Source of the DNA: Phoronis australis
Taxonomy: Eukaryota > Animalia > Phoronida
Reading direction: 5' to 3'
Length of the DNA: 64,000 nt
Assembly: GCA_002633005.1 (NCBI GenBank)
Contig: NMRA01000032.1
Span: forward strand, 1,465,999 to 1,529,998
Below the pieces are notes generated by a model that saw nothing but the letters and a program-made list of their open reading frames with translations, was not told the DNA's origin and searched no databases. A program made the position numbers and the translations under genes. Below, piece after piece: positions 37,614-50,100 of the stretch; position 1 is the stretch's first letter; each line of letters opens with the position of its first letter.

Positions 37614-38816
37614 ATGCAGTCTAGCGCAAACGGAACGTTCAACCTTTCTGCAGTGGAAATCAACCTCACTCGGTCGCGTGCCAGCGATTTTCCCGAATCT
37701 CTCGCAACGTGGAATCTGATACAAAACATCGCTTTCTTCACCTCCTTCGTAATTCACGGCTGCTCAATCCTGCTCAATTCTTCAACCTTGTTGATACTCG
37801 CGGGACTTCGACATCATCTTTCTCCATCGCTGTATCTCATTGTTCACTTGAGTATATCTGATCTCGTTACTTCCGTCACTGGCCTACTATACGTGGTATT
37901 GTCGTTTTTAGTTCAGATGAAAACAGAGCTGTCGGACCAACTTCGCGTAAGGCAGTCGATGATGCAATTTCAGTGCGGACTGTATTACGTGGGTCACGTG
38001 TGGGATGCCGCCACGTATGCCAACCTCTTTACGCTTATTCTGTTAGCTGTGGATCACTGGGTGGCGATACACAAGCCACTGAGATACCAAACCATTGTCA
38101 CCAAGCGTCGACTCTACGTGTCCACGATTATTATGTGGTGTACAGCAGGTCTAATGGGATTCATGTCGGAATTTTTCATTGTCTCGTCAGACATGGAAAG
38201 CAAAGGATATTTCTATAGCAAAACGTCTCCACTGACGTACGAATGCTTTCGACTACTGTCTTACATATATTACACGTATTACAGCGAAAGAAATGGTACA
38301 CCAGACAAGGTAGTTTTATTCGCTTCCTCCTGTTCCGTTATAGGGATAGCGCTAATTTTGATTGTATATGTTTACGTCAGCATTTACATTGTTGTGAGGA
38401 ACCTGATGCCTGTCCATGCACACGGATCGAATTGGAAAACAGAGGGAGCGAAAAGACCTTCAAATCGAAAGGCCATTGTAACCACCCTTGCATTGCAAGT
38501 GGCATTTCTGCTGGGATATGCACCTTACTTCGTATACCAGATTATCGAAACATTCTTGGACGTTCCAACGCTATTTCCAAACGACGTTGCCCGCGCAGTG
38601 TTCGGCATTTTCACAATAACTATGGTCAGCGTTTGTTCCTTATTGGACCCAATAATTTACGCAAGTCGCATGAGTGACGTGCGGCGGGTTATCTCGAGAG
38701 TAGCCAATAGAATCAAATGTTGTAAGATCAAGCGAAGGAGCGACAGTAGTTACGACGTCAGTTCAGACTCTGTTTCGAGCAAGACCCACAAAAGCACTTT
38801 TGTGGCTAAACTATGA
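37614..38816 (+). CDS. Intronless class A (rhodopsin-like) orphan GPCR, 400 aa
   Basis: Seven hydrophobic segments; N-terminal sequons NGT/NLS/NLT; TM1 LLN, TM2 HLSISD, TM3 AVDHWVAIHKPLRY, TM4 W, TM6 GYAP, TM7 LLDPIIY; Cys-Cys and Ser-rich tail. Confidence 0.95.
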   Translation: MQSSANGTFNLSAVEINLTRSRASDFPESLATWNLIQNIAFFTSFVIHGCSILLNSSTLLILAGLRHHLSPSLYLIVHLSISDLVTSVTGLLYVVLSFLVQMKTELSDQLRVRQSMMQFQCGLYYVGHVWDAATYANLFTLILLAVDHWVAIHKPLRYQTIVTKRRLYVSTIIMWCTAGLMGFMSEFFIVSSDMESKGYFYSKTSPLTYECFRLLSYIYYTYYSERNGTPDKVVLFASSCSVIGIALILIVYVYVSIYIVVRNLMPVHAHGSNWKTEGAKRPSNRKAIVTTLALQVAFLLGYAPYFVYQIIETFLDVPTLFPNDVARAVFGIFTITMVSVCSLLDPIIYASRMSDVRRVISRVANRIKCCKIKRRSDSSYDVSSDSVSSKTHKSTFVAKL

Positions 38817-40241
38817 TCACCGGCTATTCAAACAGCACTTTGGATTTAGAACCTATAAACGTCCGCATTTGTGTATATATGAACGCGAGATGCGTATTCT
38901 TTTGAATTGTGTCTACTCGTAGTAAGTGTTCCTGTGAATGCGCATATGGAGAATGGAGAAGTGCGCGTTGCCACAGAACAACAGGTGGCAGGTAACGATC
39001 GTTCTGGTCACGTGGTCGTCACCACAATCGGTCATAGTCGAAGTGGTAAACAAGCTAGGAGAAATCCAGTGCCAGTTAATTATTATTTTTCTGTATTCTA
39101 CAATTTACGGGTATATGTATATCTATGAACTTTTGGCCCTGATTATAAGCCGTTGTTTTGAAGTGTGTGTTTATGTTCGACATATGTGCCCAATAACAAT
39201 GTTTTGGTCATTCAGTGTATATGATTTCTCGAGAGAGCACTTTTCTGAATATTCATAATGTCTTGCTTAAGTGACAAGGTAAGATTAATTGTTTGGCGCG
39301 TGTATCATCAATTTGCACGCAACAAGAAATGAAGAATTTTAGTGAATACTTTTTACTATTATATGCGGGTTTGTGGATTATGCTAAAGAGTCATTCGTAC
39401 ATAAACATGGATTCTTGATTATTTTGGAATTTTATTTATTACGAAGCATCTATTTTCTGGCCACGTATACGAACGCAATGTCAAACTAAAACATAATTGC
39501 CCCTTAATTGAGCAATGTTAATCGCTGATGTAGTTTTCAGCAACAGGTCACTAGCAGTTAATAGGATATTTATCAGACGACGGAAAGGACGCCTGAATCT
39601 GCCGGCACGAGAGGAGCCGCCTAGAACACAGGCGCAATATTGTAAGGCTGTGAGAATATTAATTGAAAAACATTCCTGTATTTCCAAGTGGAAGTTATTT
39701 GCTGTAGACAAGAAACCGGTTATTTTGCAAAAGCAGCTGTTTTTATCACATGGAATCACCTTGGTCAGGGCGGACTCTAGAATTGTTTGTATAGAGTTTC
39801 ATTTCTAATCGGTGTTGTATTTAGTTTCTTTTTTTTCTATCTGTATCTCAGATCCTTCCTGTATATAGTGCCGGTATAGTAATAAAAGGAATTTCCAATC
39901 AAATGCACATATGTTTACTCTTTATCAAATGTTACTCCTAATCTGAACACAGGCCAGTCATTATATAGCTTACAATTGATTGCAATTTCCTTTAAAACAC
40001 AATAGTTATAATCGGAAAGTCAAATATATTACTACATCGTTAACGTCGTTAAACATGGGCTATTAAAACGGCTAATGTTAGTTCAGTATTTGGGCCGCCG
40101 GTCCGTATACACATGCAGTTAACTCCTTGCAATGACGCTTATGAAACGAGGCAATAATAATTTACGACAAATAAAACTACTGGCATAGCTATCATTAAAA
40201 ACGTATCGTTTGCATTTACTTTTTAACGTTTGTGTAGCAAA

Positions 40242-41280
40242 TTCAAGGTACCTAAACTACGCGGTTAACGGACTGCTAAACACGGTGTCGGACGCAAAAA
40301 CACGACTCATTAACTTGCACACACCGTTCACTGACTCACAGACACGGGATCGGACTGACAAAGGCCGATTCACTCACCCAAAATACACGTTCACGGTCTC
40401 ACATTCAAGTTGAAACACGGCACACGGACCGCCAAACACGGCTTATGGATAAAATGTAGAAATCGGCTTCAACAGCTGTGTGCGAGATTAAATATAATTT
40501 TGAACATAATTTGTCTGCAATGCTATGTAATTGTTGTGAACTAAAAACAATAAACAATATTTTATTTAAATTGCTTATTTGAACTACAACTTATTGGCGT
40601 CTAAAATCTTTTTGTATCACCAATTCTCAATTTTGCTTTCTTCTCAAAGTGACGTGGACCATTCAAACTCCGTAAAAAGACCCTCTGTTTCATTTCCCTT
40701 TCTGCGTAGTAATCACCGTGTGACTATTTCGCGCTATTTACCCCAGAAGCCGATGAGTCCGTGACCATACATTCGGCATGCTTTATTGGACAATAGATTA
40801 TAATCTCATGGGCGCACCCAGGGGTGCATCCCAATTTGGCGAATTGGGCAAAAAAAGTCGGCCTCAGTGAAACAAAAAGTCCGAGTAAACGAGACAAAAG
40901 TCCACAAAATCCCACAAGAAGTCGGCGCAAATGCACAATTCGTGGGGCTGAACCAAATGGCTCCGTTTTTATTTTTTTATTTTATTTTTTTAGTCTTCGT
41001 TGATTTCTTTCAATAAAAAGTCGGCACACCGAAAATTTCGAGCCCCCATGCTTTAGGCTGAGTACGCGCATGAATCTGTGAATCTGTGATTGGAGTGAAG
41101 ACCGTGTTTGGCGGTGCGTGTGAGTCCGTGACCATGTATTTTGGGTGAATGAATCGTATTTTTTGAGTCCGATAACGTGTATGTGAGTCAGTGTACGGTG
41201 TTTACAGGTACGTGAGTCGTGTTTTTGAGTCCGACATCGTGTTTAGCATTCCGTTAACCGTGTAGTTTAGGTATCTTGAA
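40242..41280. mobile_element. Foldback element with ~200-bp inverted arms
   Basis: TTCAAGGTACCTAAACTACGCGGTTAACGG...CACGACTC mirrors GAGTCGTGTTTTTG...CCGTTAACCGTGTAGTTTAGGTATCTTGAA. Confidence 0.85.
40807..41072. mobile_element. MITE (CATGGGCGCACCCAG family) with 5-bp TSD AATCT, nested in the foldback element
   Basis: Ends CATGGGCGCACCCAG / CTGAGTACGCGCATG with AATCT on both sides; second, more diverged copy at 51145-51367. Confidence 0.85.
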
Positions 41281-42619
41281 ACTCCAATTTAACACAACGC
41301 TTTTTCATCTGCCCATTCTGAGCTTCCCCATTGCAGATATCTCCTATAACATGTCTTGAGAATGATGTTGTATGCCGTAAGTTGCTAGAAGCATTGATCA
41401 TTTAAATTTGAGAGCTCGGGCCAGAGCTACCAAGACATGAGAAACTGAGAACGCACGCATGCACAGGCTCTTCATCGATAGAGGTCTCTGCAAGTTTGTA
41501 TCTCAAACTTTTCTGTACGTGTTCGCGCCAGGTGTTTTATAATACACTCGGATCTTCTCTGACAATGACCGATGAGACTGGTCAAAGATCTAGGAATAAA
41601 TGTAAATTGTGCGCCCATATGTAGGTCTGCATGTTCTCACCATGTTTTCTGGAACTCGTGGGACTGAGAAAGCTAGAATCGGCAGAACACAGCCAGCTCG
41701 TGGATTTACTTAGTTCTGGAAATGTCCACAGACATACAAGGAGTTATGTTGGTTATTGCTTATTACACGTTTTCGTCGCAGTAAAATTGATTTATTTTAT
41801 AGATTTGAATTTGGCATTTTTGCTTAACACCCTTATGCGTGTCTTTGCTAAAATTGAAAGTTACCTCATCGGTCTTAGACCTTGTGAGATGTAGAAGTCA
41901 AATACTGCGGGCCGGGAAGACACGGACAATTTCATCCGCACTTAAAGGAATGGCTTTTAATCATAAACAAAACCAATGTGGAAGCCACTCATGATCTGGT
42001 GTTTAAAAATTCAGCTTACCGGAGAGGCCCATTTGCTCTTCTTAAGCAGGGTATCACGTTTAAGAGCACCGATGCCTCTGTGTCTGCGGTTATGTCACGC
42101 TTTGCTGCGATTTTTTCTCGAACAGTTAGTGTTGTGGTCAGAGTAAAAAGGAATGCCATGTATGTTAATGACAGTTGAAATCCATTCAGTGCCGTAAAGA
42201 CGGTTTGCATATTTGGACAGGGAAATCCCACAATGTCTATGCATCCACTTATCTAAATTTCCAATCTTGAATAAAAATTAGAAAATATTGCCGCTTCATC
42301 AGTTACTGACAGACTGCTCTCCGGCTCAGTTTTGTTCCTGTAGTTTATAATTACCTTTATCGTTAAGCCGCATCTCTGCTAATGTTCTTGTTTGTAACCC
42401 CTAAACTTTTTACTTTTTCATCCAGCGATACCGGCGGCGGGGACGGGCCATTGAACCACGCTCGAACTGTGGTTAAAACACGCCGAGTAGTCACGCCGGT
42501 TGAACAGAAATAGCCACAGTGTGTAATGTATGCTGCTATTCTGATATATTTTTATATTATGCGCTGATATATTTTAAATTGCTTGCTTATTTCAAACTCC
42601 ACTTTGGCTCGATATCAAA

Positions 42620-42797
42620 GGCGGAATTCCCTTTTGACCTACTTAACTATAATTATGACGTCAAATGCGGAAAGGAATTCCTTCTCGCTACGTGACTTGT
42701 GGCACGAAAGCAAGTCGTCACTCACCACGCACGAGTCAGAACAGGTCACGTAGTCATTTTAGTTTCGCCAACTGTGCTGGAAAGTTGTAGAAAGAAG
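42620..42797 (+). promoter_or_regulatory. Probable promoter and non-coding exon 1 of the NDUFA4-family gene
   Basis: kB-like CGGAATTCCC (42622-42631) and AGGAATTCCT (42673-42682), full CRE TGACGTCA (42656-42663), two TACGTG sites (42689-42694; reverse 42747-42752), strong donor AAG|GTGAGT at 42797/42798. Confidence 0.55.
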
Positions 42798-45406
42798 GTG
42801 AGTCTATTTTATAAAAACATGAATGAAAATATTATCAGTCTGTCTTCTTAATAAGCATGTATGAAGTGCGAGGTGAGGTTTTGTTGAGCCATTTGTCAAA
42901 GTTGAAGTTTTTTTGACGTGTTCGCATTTTCGGAAGCGTTGTAAATGTGAAACTGCTGTTGAAGCTAGTTTCTTTTTGTCTCTGTGACGTTTGACATTGT
43001 GTTCTGAACTATATAGAACGTGACGAGTGACGTAATTTGTGTGTCAACCTTCTATTCTCCGAGTTGAGAGATTATTTTACCGACCGCCACTATGACTATC
43101 CGATAAACGCAACACTGTTCTATACAATAGGGACTCGAGGCTTGAAAAAATGTGTATGTAACGTAACACGGAGTTTAATCTCTGTACTCGAAATTCGCCT
43201 CGAAAATGGCCCCCGGTTTGACTTTTTTTCAGTCAATACTGAGTATAAGCATTCGCAAGTATCTATATGACAAGATTGGCATGGCATGCTTCGAGTTAAC
43301 TTAGAAATTTGAACTCATCACGCGGCGTGATTGGTTATAGGCTAAGTTTCAACTTCGAGTCTTCGAGTTCAGATATTAGATCCTGGGGCCAGACTTCTTT
43401 GTCGTTTTGTTTTTTCTGGCTCCACAAATTCGTATATAAAACCATGAATAATAATCAAATGTTAGCGACTATTTTACCAGTAGTATCTTTACCGCGGTAA
43501 ACAGGAAGGTGGGCGACAATGGATGCGTACAAGACTGGTAGGCTAATCTTCATCAGTTGACTTTATGCACATTTTATTTGTTTAACTCACTACTACATTG
43601 CAGTGATGTATCCCCCATTTTTCTTTTAAGGCAAATCCTCGGAAGAAAAAATGTCTGAATCTATGAAAGTGAAAACTTTTGGTTTTGGTCTCCGTGCATT
43701 CAAAAGATATCCAGAGGTAAGACAAAGCATGTCTGAAGTGCAGAGTTGATATGAGTTCTTCATGAAACCCCAATAACGTGAAATATGTTTTGCCGACCTT
43801 TAGAGTCGAATTAAAAGTAAAAATCTTTATTCATTTGATTGTTTCGGCGACGTTTTAATATTAGGCTACAAGAAAGCATGCCTACGATATCCTGGCAGGC
43901 GCTAAGCCTTGTGGTGAAATGCATAGAAAAATTTGTCAACTTTTCACTCGGTTTCTGATGATTGATGGTGGATTTTATATCTGTCGCTTAGCAGTCTTTT
44001 CTTGACACCATTTGCCGAATGACGTCAGTGTAGTACACTCCTTTGTGGAGTTCGGTTTCCCACAAGAGCTTATTTTTATACTAAAGTATATTGCATCTGC
44101 TATTCATGTCATCGGTGGCGAATATTCAGATTTTGAATTTGTTATCGATATATGTGCGTTAAGAAAAAATGCTTGCTTATTTACTTGCCTAGCTATGTAT
44201 GTATGTATTATTAGTGTTTTTGTATTGTTTGTATAATTTTGTTGCCCAGATATAGATTTCTGGGCAATAATGTTCTCTTACTGTATCTTACCTTTACATG
44301 AAATAAAAAAGTCACAAAACCCAACCTCTAGGTAGAGCCGCTGTGAGTTGCTTTCATATCCTTGTTCAAAAGCTTCCAATTTTCCAAGAATGTGAAGAAC
44401 TTGTTAAAAACTAATTATAGCACTCCTACGCCCCCACCCACCTCCGCATAAAAAGGCGGTTGGTTGCTCATCGATTAACTTACAACCACTTGGAGAATTT
44501 TGTTGACCTGACAAGTCTGTAGAGCATGTAAAACATCTCACTTAACACCAGTCATGAAATGGTAAACCTATCAACATTTATAGGTCAACTTATCATGTTG
44601 CTGTGTGATTAACCTATATTTTGACGGGTGTCTCGTGATAACTTAGTAAATCAAACGTACCCTGGATTTGTCCTGAAATGACACCTCATCCAGCCTACCT
44701 GGACACTCGCGATCACTTCATGCTCGTATTTTTTAGCATACTGTCTGTCTTCATTCTCATTTTTTCAGTAAAAACTCAGAAACATGATGTGCCACGTGTT
44801 CCGTTTTCCACGAAAAGGATTTTTATTGTATGCCGTTTTCCGTTTTCAGTCCATCTATCCATTTACTGTTTATCGAGTATCTATCGCCTATGATCTAACA
44901 CATAAATTTCCTCCGTGACCTTTGCTGAAGCTATGTATCAAATTACTGTGATGTTCATTTACTACCTAAGCCAACCCGGCGTATGTTTCGCCAAGAGTTA
45001 TCAGTGATAATTTCCGTTTATGCTGCGGAATCATTAGTCGTAATTTGATGGTATTATTTGAACAAATTCCATCCAAATAACATTTTTATGTGTAGCTCTA
45101 TTTGGATTTGCACGCAATCAGAGCCTTTTGACAGATAGCGAAAATCGATGCGTGTGCATCCTAGAGCATATAGATTTGTTCTGATCCAGAATTTAGAATC
45201 TCTCACGCAAGCAGGCGCGGAACGCCTGCTCGGCATGCCAGCAGTTGATATAGGTCAGATGCTACATGTTTACACGTCATTGTGATAAACTGGCCATCTT
45301 TTATAATCTGCTTGAAATACTACTAAAATTAAGTGATCTCTACAGAACTGACTTCGGTCGCTGGTTATGGTGCTCGGCATGACGCCATCCCACGGTGCAT
45401 TGTATA

Positions 45407-47163
45407 ATGAAGTCTCTGATCGCCAATCCGCGTAAAGAGGTCCCTCTATATGACCGCCCGGTCAAGTGGCTTGCCCAAAAACCAGTTCACGGGGAACTCA
45501 ACAAAGTAATGATGTGTGCACATTTGAAATGCGACCGAAATCGTATGTTTTTAAGGAAATACTGTATTCTTAATATTTCACATATAGGCACGTGACTTTA
45601 AGATTCGCTTATGCGGGTGCACGTGGCCATCCCCTGCGTACTGCGTGCATGTCTGCTTGCTCGTCAATCTGTTGTTCTGTCTGCTTCAGATAATACCGTT
45701 GAGCAGTTTCGTTGGTATTGCCGTGGTGGGCTGCGTCGGATACATGGGCTACGCACTCTACACCAAGCCAGATCTTCAGTTGAGCAAGTCGAAACCGCTC
45801 AGGTTCGAAAACGTCGCACCAGAGCAAAGCACCAAGGTGAGGTGCCTGCGAAGTTTAGAATGTCCATTTGTTGTTTGGGCATTGTTCTATGTAGCGGAGG
45901 AACTTCTGAAAACAAGCTCTATAGCCCGTTTACAGAGTGTCAATTTTTGCACATATGTGCCAAGACCCATTGCCAGCTGCGGATCTAAGCTGATATCGCA
46001 AGGGGTGGGGTACAACCATTGCTTGTCTTTTTTATTCTTACACTGTCGATATTTGGGAAACGGCATGAGCACAAACCATTAACAATGTAACCATACAGGT
46101 TTAAGTACGTGTGCGGCCGTTTTTCCTAGAAAGTTCCAGTATTGGTTATAATTTTATGCAAGTGATGTTTCCATGAAAATCTCGCGTTGCTTTTTTTTAC
46201 TTTGCCTATGGCCATCATTAGGTGATTGTGTCAGCGTGGGTTATGTCATTTATTGATTGCAGAGTACTGGTACGATTTTCATAATCCGTTTTATTACTAC
46301 CTGTGAAAGCTCATATCAAACAGTTCACCAGTTTCTCCGGTTAGTTTGCAAATTTGCATTAACTTTATTTACAACAAGAATTCATGAAAGGACAGTAAAC
46401 CCGCGGCTTCTGTCAGCTTAGGCCATTCACTGCTATAAATTGGTCTCATTAGATTAGAATTTCTAGCCTTCCTACTAATCAATAAATTATTTCTTCAGCC
46501 CAGACCCATCAGGGGAAAACACGCCTGCCTCTCGAAATATGTTCAATAAGTAAATTATAAAATTTATTTGCACCAGTGAACTATCNGGGGGGGGGTGTTG
46601 TAAAGCCTTATTTTGCATTGGTGTTAGGTACACTGATGAATGTTCTGCAGTAATGTTATACTGGTACATTCAGGAATTATGACCATTTTGTGAATGTTAT
46701 GTTGCGATATTATGCTGGTATAATGCCATGTTATGTTACAATGTTACATGTGTACAATAACGTGTTATGTTACAAAGTTACATGTGTACAATAACATGTT
46801 ATGTTACAATGTTTCATGTGTACAATGTGATGTCATGTTACATGTGTACAATGTCATGTCATGTTACAATGTTACATGTGCACAATAACATGTTATGTTA
46901 CAATGTTACATGTGTACAATGCCATGTTATGTTACATTGTTACATGTGTACAATGCCATGTTATGCTACACGTGCACAATAACATGTTATGTTACAATAT
47001 TACATGTGCACAATAACATGTTATGTTACAATGTTACATGTGTTCAATGCACTCAGAATTAACATTACTAAATATATTTCAGCTCATCCAAATCAGCCAA
47101 CAGTACAAGGCCATTCCCGAACTAGAGGCTTTGAGGAAAGAGATAGGAAGTTACAAGTCATAG
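45407..47163 (+). CDS. C15orf48: NDUFA4/COXFA4-family complex IV subunit, C15orf48 (NMES1)-like; exons 45407-(45439 or 45505), 45690-45836, 47083-47163
   Basis: IIPLSSFVGIAVVGCVGYMGYALYTKPDLQLSKSKPLRFENVAPEQSTK|LIQISQQYKAIPELEALRKEIGSYKS* parallels NMES1 (LIPLVVF...SLWKTDV...[22 protein letters not shown]). The last two exons have clean phase-0 GT-AG sites; the first coding exon is ambiguous. Confidence 0.85.
46695..47045. repeat. ~34-bp minisatellite built from ATGTT/TGTAC motifs, intronic
   Basis: Repeated ATGTTATGTTACAATGTTACATGTGTACAATAAC variants. Confidence 0.9.
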
Positions 47164-50100
47164 ACATCGCACAAAGGCACAACGTCACTCCCTCTGTACA
47201 TAACTCTTATAATCCTAGTCAATTAGCCTGCATTTTAAACATGTTATGAACAACAAGATGTTTACAAACTGGGCAAATACTCGTCATATCTGTACAACTC
47301 CGTTTATTGTGAATGCATGTTTTCGTTTCCAGATACTACCGTGTATGTAGATTTCAGACGAAGCGTGACCAATGAAACTTGTTTAAGTGACAAGAGACGA
47401 GGATCAGATGTCATATCTCAAGATGCCTTTTTATTCACTCGCAATTGTTGGAGCATAAATCCAATTTTAGGGTTGTACAAGCTGATAAAAATCTATTATT
47501 TGTTTGTAGTTGTTGAAAGCGTTTCTGTAACAGCTACAATGTGGGTTTGTGTTTTGATACATGTTGGTGGGAATACCCTGGAGGTATGATAGATCAATAA
47601 CAAATTAAATAGCTGATTTGTATCCGCAAAACTGAACGAAACTTACGGGAACAATAAATATTTACGTGTATAGTTTACGGGGTTCCTGAAAACTGTCTTT
47701 TGGCTGACGCAAGGTATAGCCTCAGATACTTAGCGACCTTACTTTTGGCATCTGACAGTATCTGTATTCACTGGCCGGAAACGGCCTATGTTCTGCTTCA
47801 TTGGGCACCGCCACTTGGTTAATGGTAATGTTTTGATGTGTTTTACGTGTTCCGGACTAATGTATTTCATTAGTCTGTTTGGCATTCTGGACTTATCTCC
47901 GATTTTCGTAGGTATATCTTGCTTAGGCCAAGGTGTCTTGTCTCCATGGCAGCTGCCATTTGAATCGTTGTCAGTTTTAAGTAAAATAGGCGTAGCCGGA
48001 GAAGAATTGCGGGATTATTTTTTACCGGCTCTCCAAAGTTTGTGTGCTGTGACAACGGTGCCTTACGAGATAAGTAATTTATTGGCGTTAGTATGTGAAT
48101 AATTCCAGATACTTAATTTATTGAATAAAATATTATTTTTTTTCCTGAAACCGATTGTCTGAATTTCATTTGCTAACTAAAGGAAAAGTTCGAAACTTAA
48201 AGAACGCTGTCTTGGCAATATGGCCACTACCTTGGGGTATCCCGTCTCGGAACACAATAGGTAGCGTAGATTGTTTAAATTTTGTGGTCCTCCTAAAACC
48301 CCGGGGTCTTGAAATAAAGCAAAACGACACTTCTCGTTTGATTTTTCCGATTATACTGTGGTACGACAAGAGCTCTTAGATGGTATTTTTGACTCGTCAA
48401 TACTTTCTTGTTTTATCTTGCTTTGAAGTTACCGGAAGAATGCATTTTTGACCCGCCGCTGGAGCGCTCCATATAACTGATTTCCACTATAAATGGACGA
48501 CCTTGGTGTTGCCCCAACTACCGGATGGCATGATGCCAAGTGCTAAATGAAGAAGGTCTTTTTAGCGATTCCTAATGAAACACAAACATACTAATGAAAA
48601 TTGATAACTTTCATGAGGTAACAAATTAACTTCCTTGCAGTAAGTTACGTAACCCTCACCAAGTATGGTGTGAAAGCCAATGTAGGGAAAGTTCAATAAC
48701 ACTAGACCTCGCTAAAATGCCAGACATCGCGAAATTATGCGAAATTTTACCGTGTATTTAAAATGAGAGCACGTGACTTTGGCTAGATTTTTCTCGCCGC
48801 GAAACCGCTGCTGAACTCTACCCAGGAGAGTTTTACGTGCATGCGAGAATATCGTAAAAAACGCAAGATATCGCTTTGTATCATAGCGAAGTACGTACAC
48901 TGCTAGCGCAATTCCTTCGCGTCTACGGAACTCTACCATTGAGACCCAACTTGACCAAGTTTTGATTTAGGCCACTTATAGTTCTAAAATTGACCTTATC
49001 TCTTTCCTCACCCAGTTTCAATGTGATTTCTGTTATCGGGAAGTGATAAACCTTACTTTTCAGATCACGGTGACCTGAAATTTTATTAGCTTGGTCTCAA
49101 TCTACAACTATTAAGGTCTTTCGGAGCCCTGAAAGCGCCTCTATTTTTGATTCAATTTGAGACGATTTTGGCCAAAATTAAATCTGGTTTTTTGAGAGAG
49201 AGCACGGGTTTCACGGAAGTTGCAAGTACTAACTTAAAATATACAGGACACACAGAAATAACACTCAATTTAGGTAAACTATGCGTCTATGCAAAGAATA
49301 GCTGTCTGCGCCTATTAAAATCGAGTTATATTACACCGCATATGCGCCGCGTATTTAGGCCCACGGCGCCAATCTCCAAATAATGTATTTTTTTTTCCGT
49401 TGTTTCCCATATAGACACAGATCAGTGTCCTTACACGCGCGTCCGTTGCTGTGGATATAGGCGCGCGCATTGTCCTTGACAAAACTGCAGGCTTGCCAAT
49501 GCGTTCTATTAGTTTCGCTTGTGAAATTTCACGCTATTAGAAGGAATAGCCGTGATTAACTGTTGCAAATTCTTTTCAATGATTTCACATACCCGTGAAT
49601 GATGAGCAAGACTAACAGACTGTCTATAGACTACATTATTAATTGAAGCATATCTGAATAATGTATAACGTCTAGAAGGGAATGAAAGAAATCAATAACC
49701 TTCCGAATAAAAACAGTGAAAATGCCAACAGTTTCCAGCAAAAACGGACTGCGTGTCTTAGAAACGAAATTGGAATTGGGCCTTTAACACTAATGACGTC
49801 GGTCTCCTAATATTCCTTACCCGGGTGATAGGATTCTATTCCCGCTACCAGCAAGAATATAGAAACCATCGGTGACTAAAGAAAACGCTTCAGAGCAAAT
49901 TAAAAAATGGCGCATACCTGTGACTTAACTTGCCAAGAAAATCAGCAATAATCACAATAATATAGAAGGTCGGTTGAGCGCGGTAATATTTCTAAATCCC
50001 ACTTCGCTTCCGTTAAGAATTTAACATTGCCAGACAAAAAAGGGGCGAAATGGAACTTTTTAAAGCTTTTTACAATACGAACGTATACACGCACTAGCGG

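Noticed and set aside
37973-38677. Overlapping alternative-frame ORFs (81 and 144 aa) inside the GPCR
   Set aside because: No recognisable motifs; expected shadow ORFs of a coding region.
38805-38816. C-terminal AKL as a peroxisomal targeting signal
   Set aside because: PTS1 applies to soluble matrix proteins, not a seven-TM receptor.
45391-45483. RAG/Transib RSS-like heptamer CACGGTG plus nonamer-like CCAAAAACC
   Set aside because: Spacing is about 77 bp, not 12 or 23, and there is no 5-bp TSD.
47164-47660. miR-147/miR-210-like hairpin in the C15orf48-like 3' UTR, as in vertebrates
   Set aside because: I saw no matching mature sequence or convincing hairpin by eye; a covariance-model search would be needed to exclude it.
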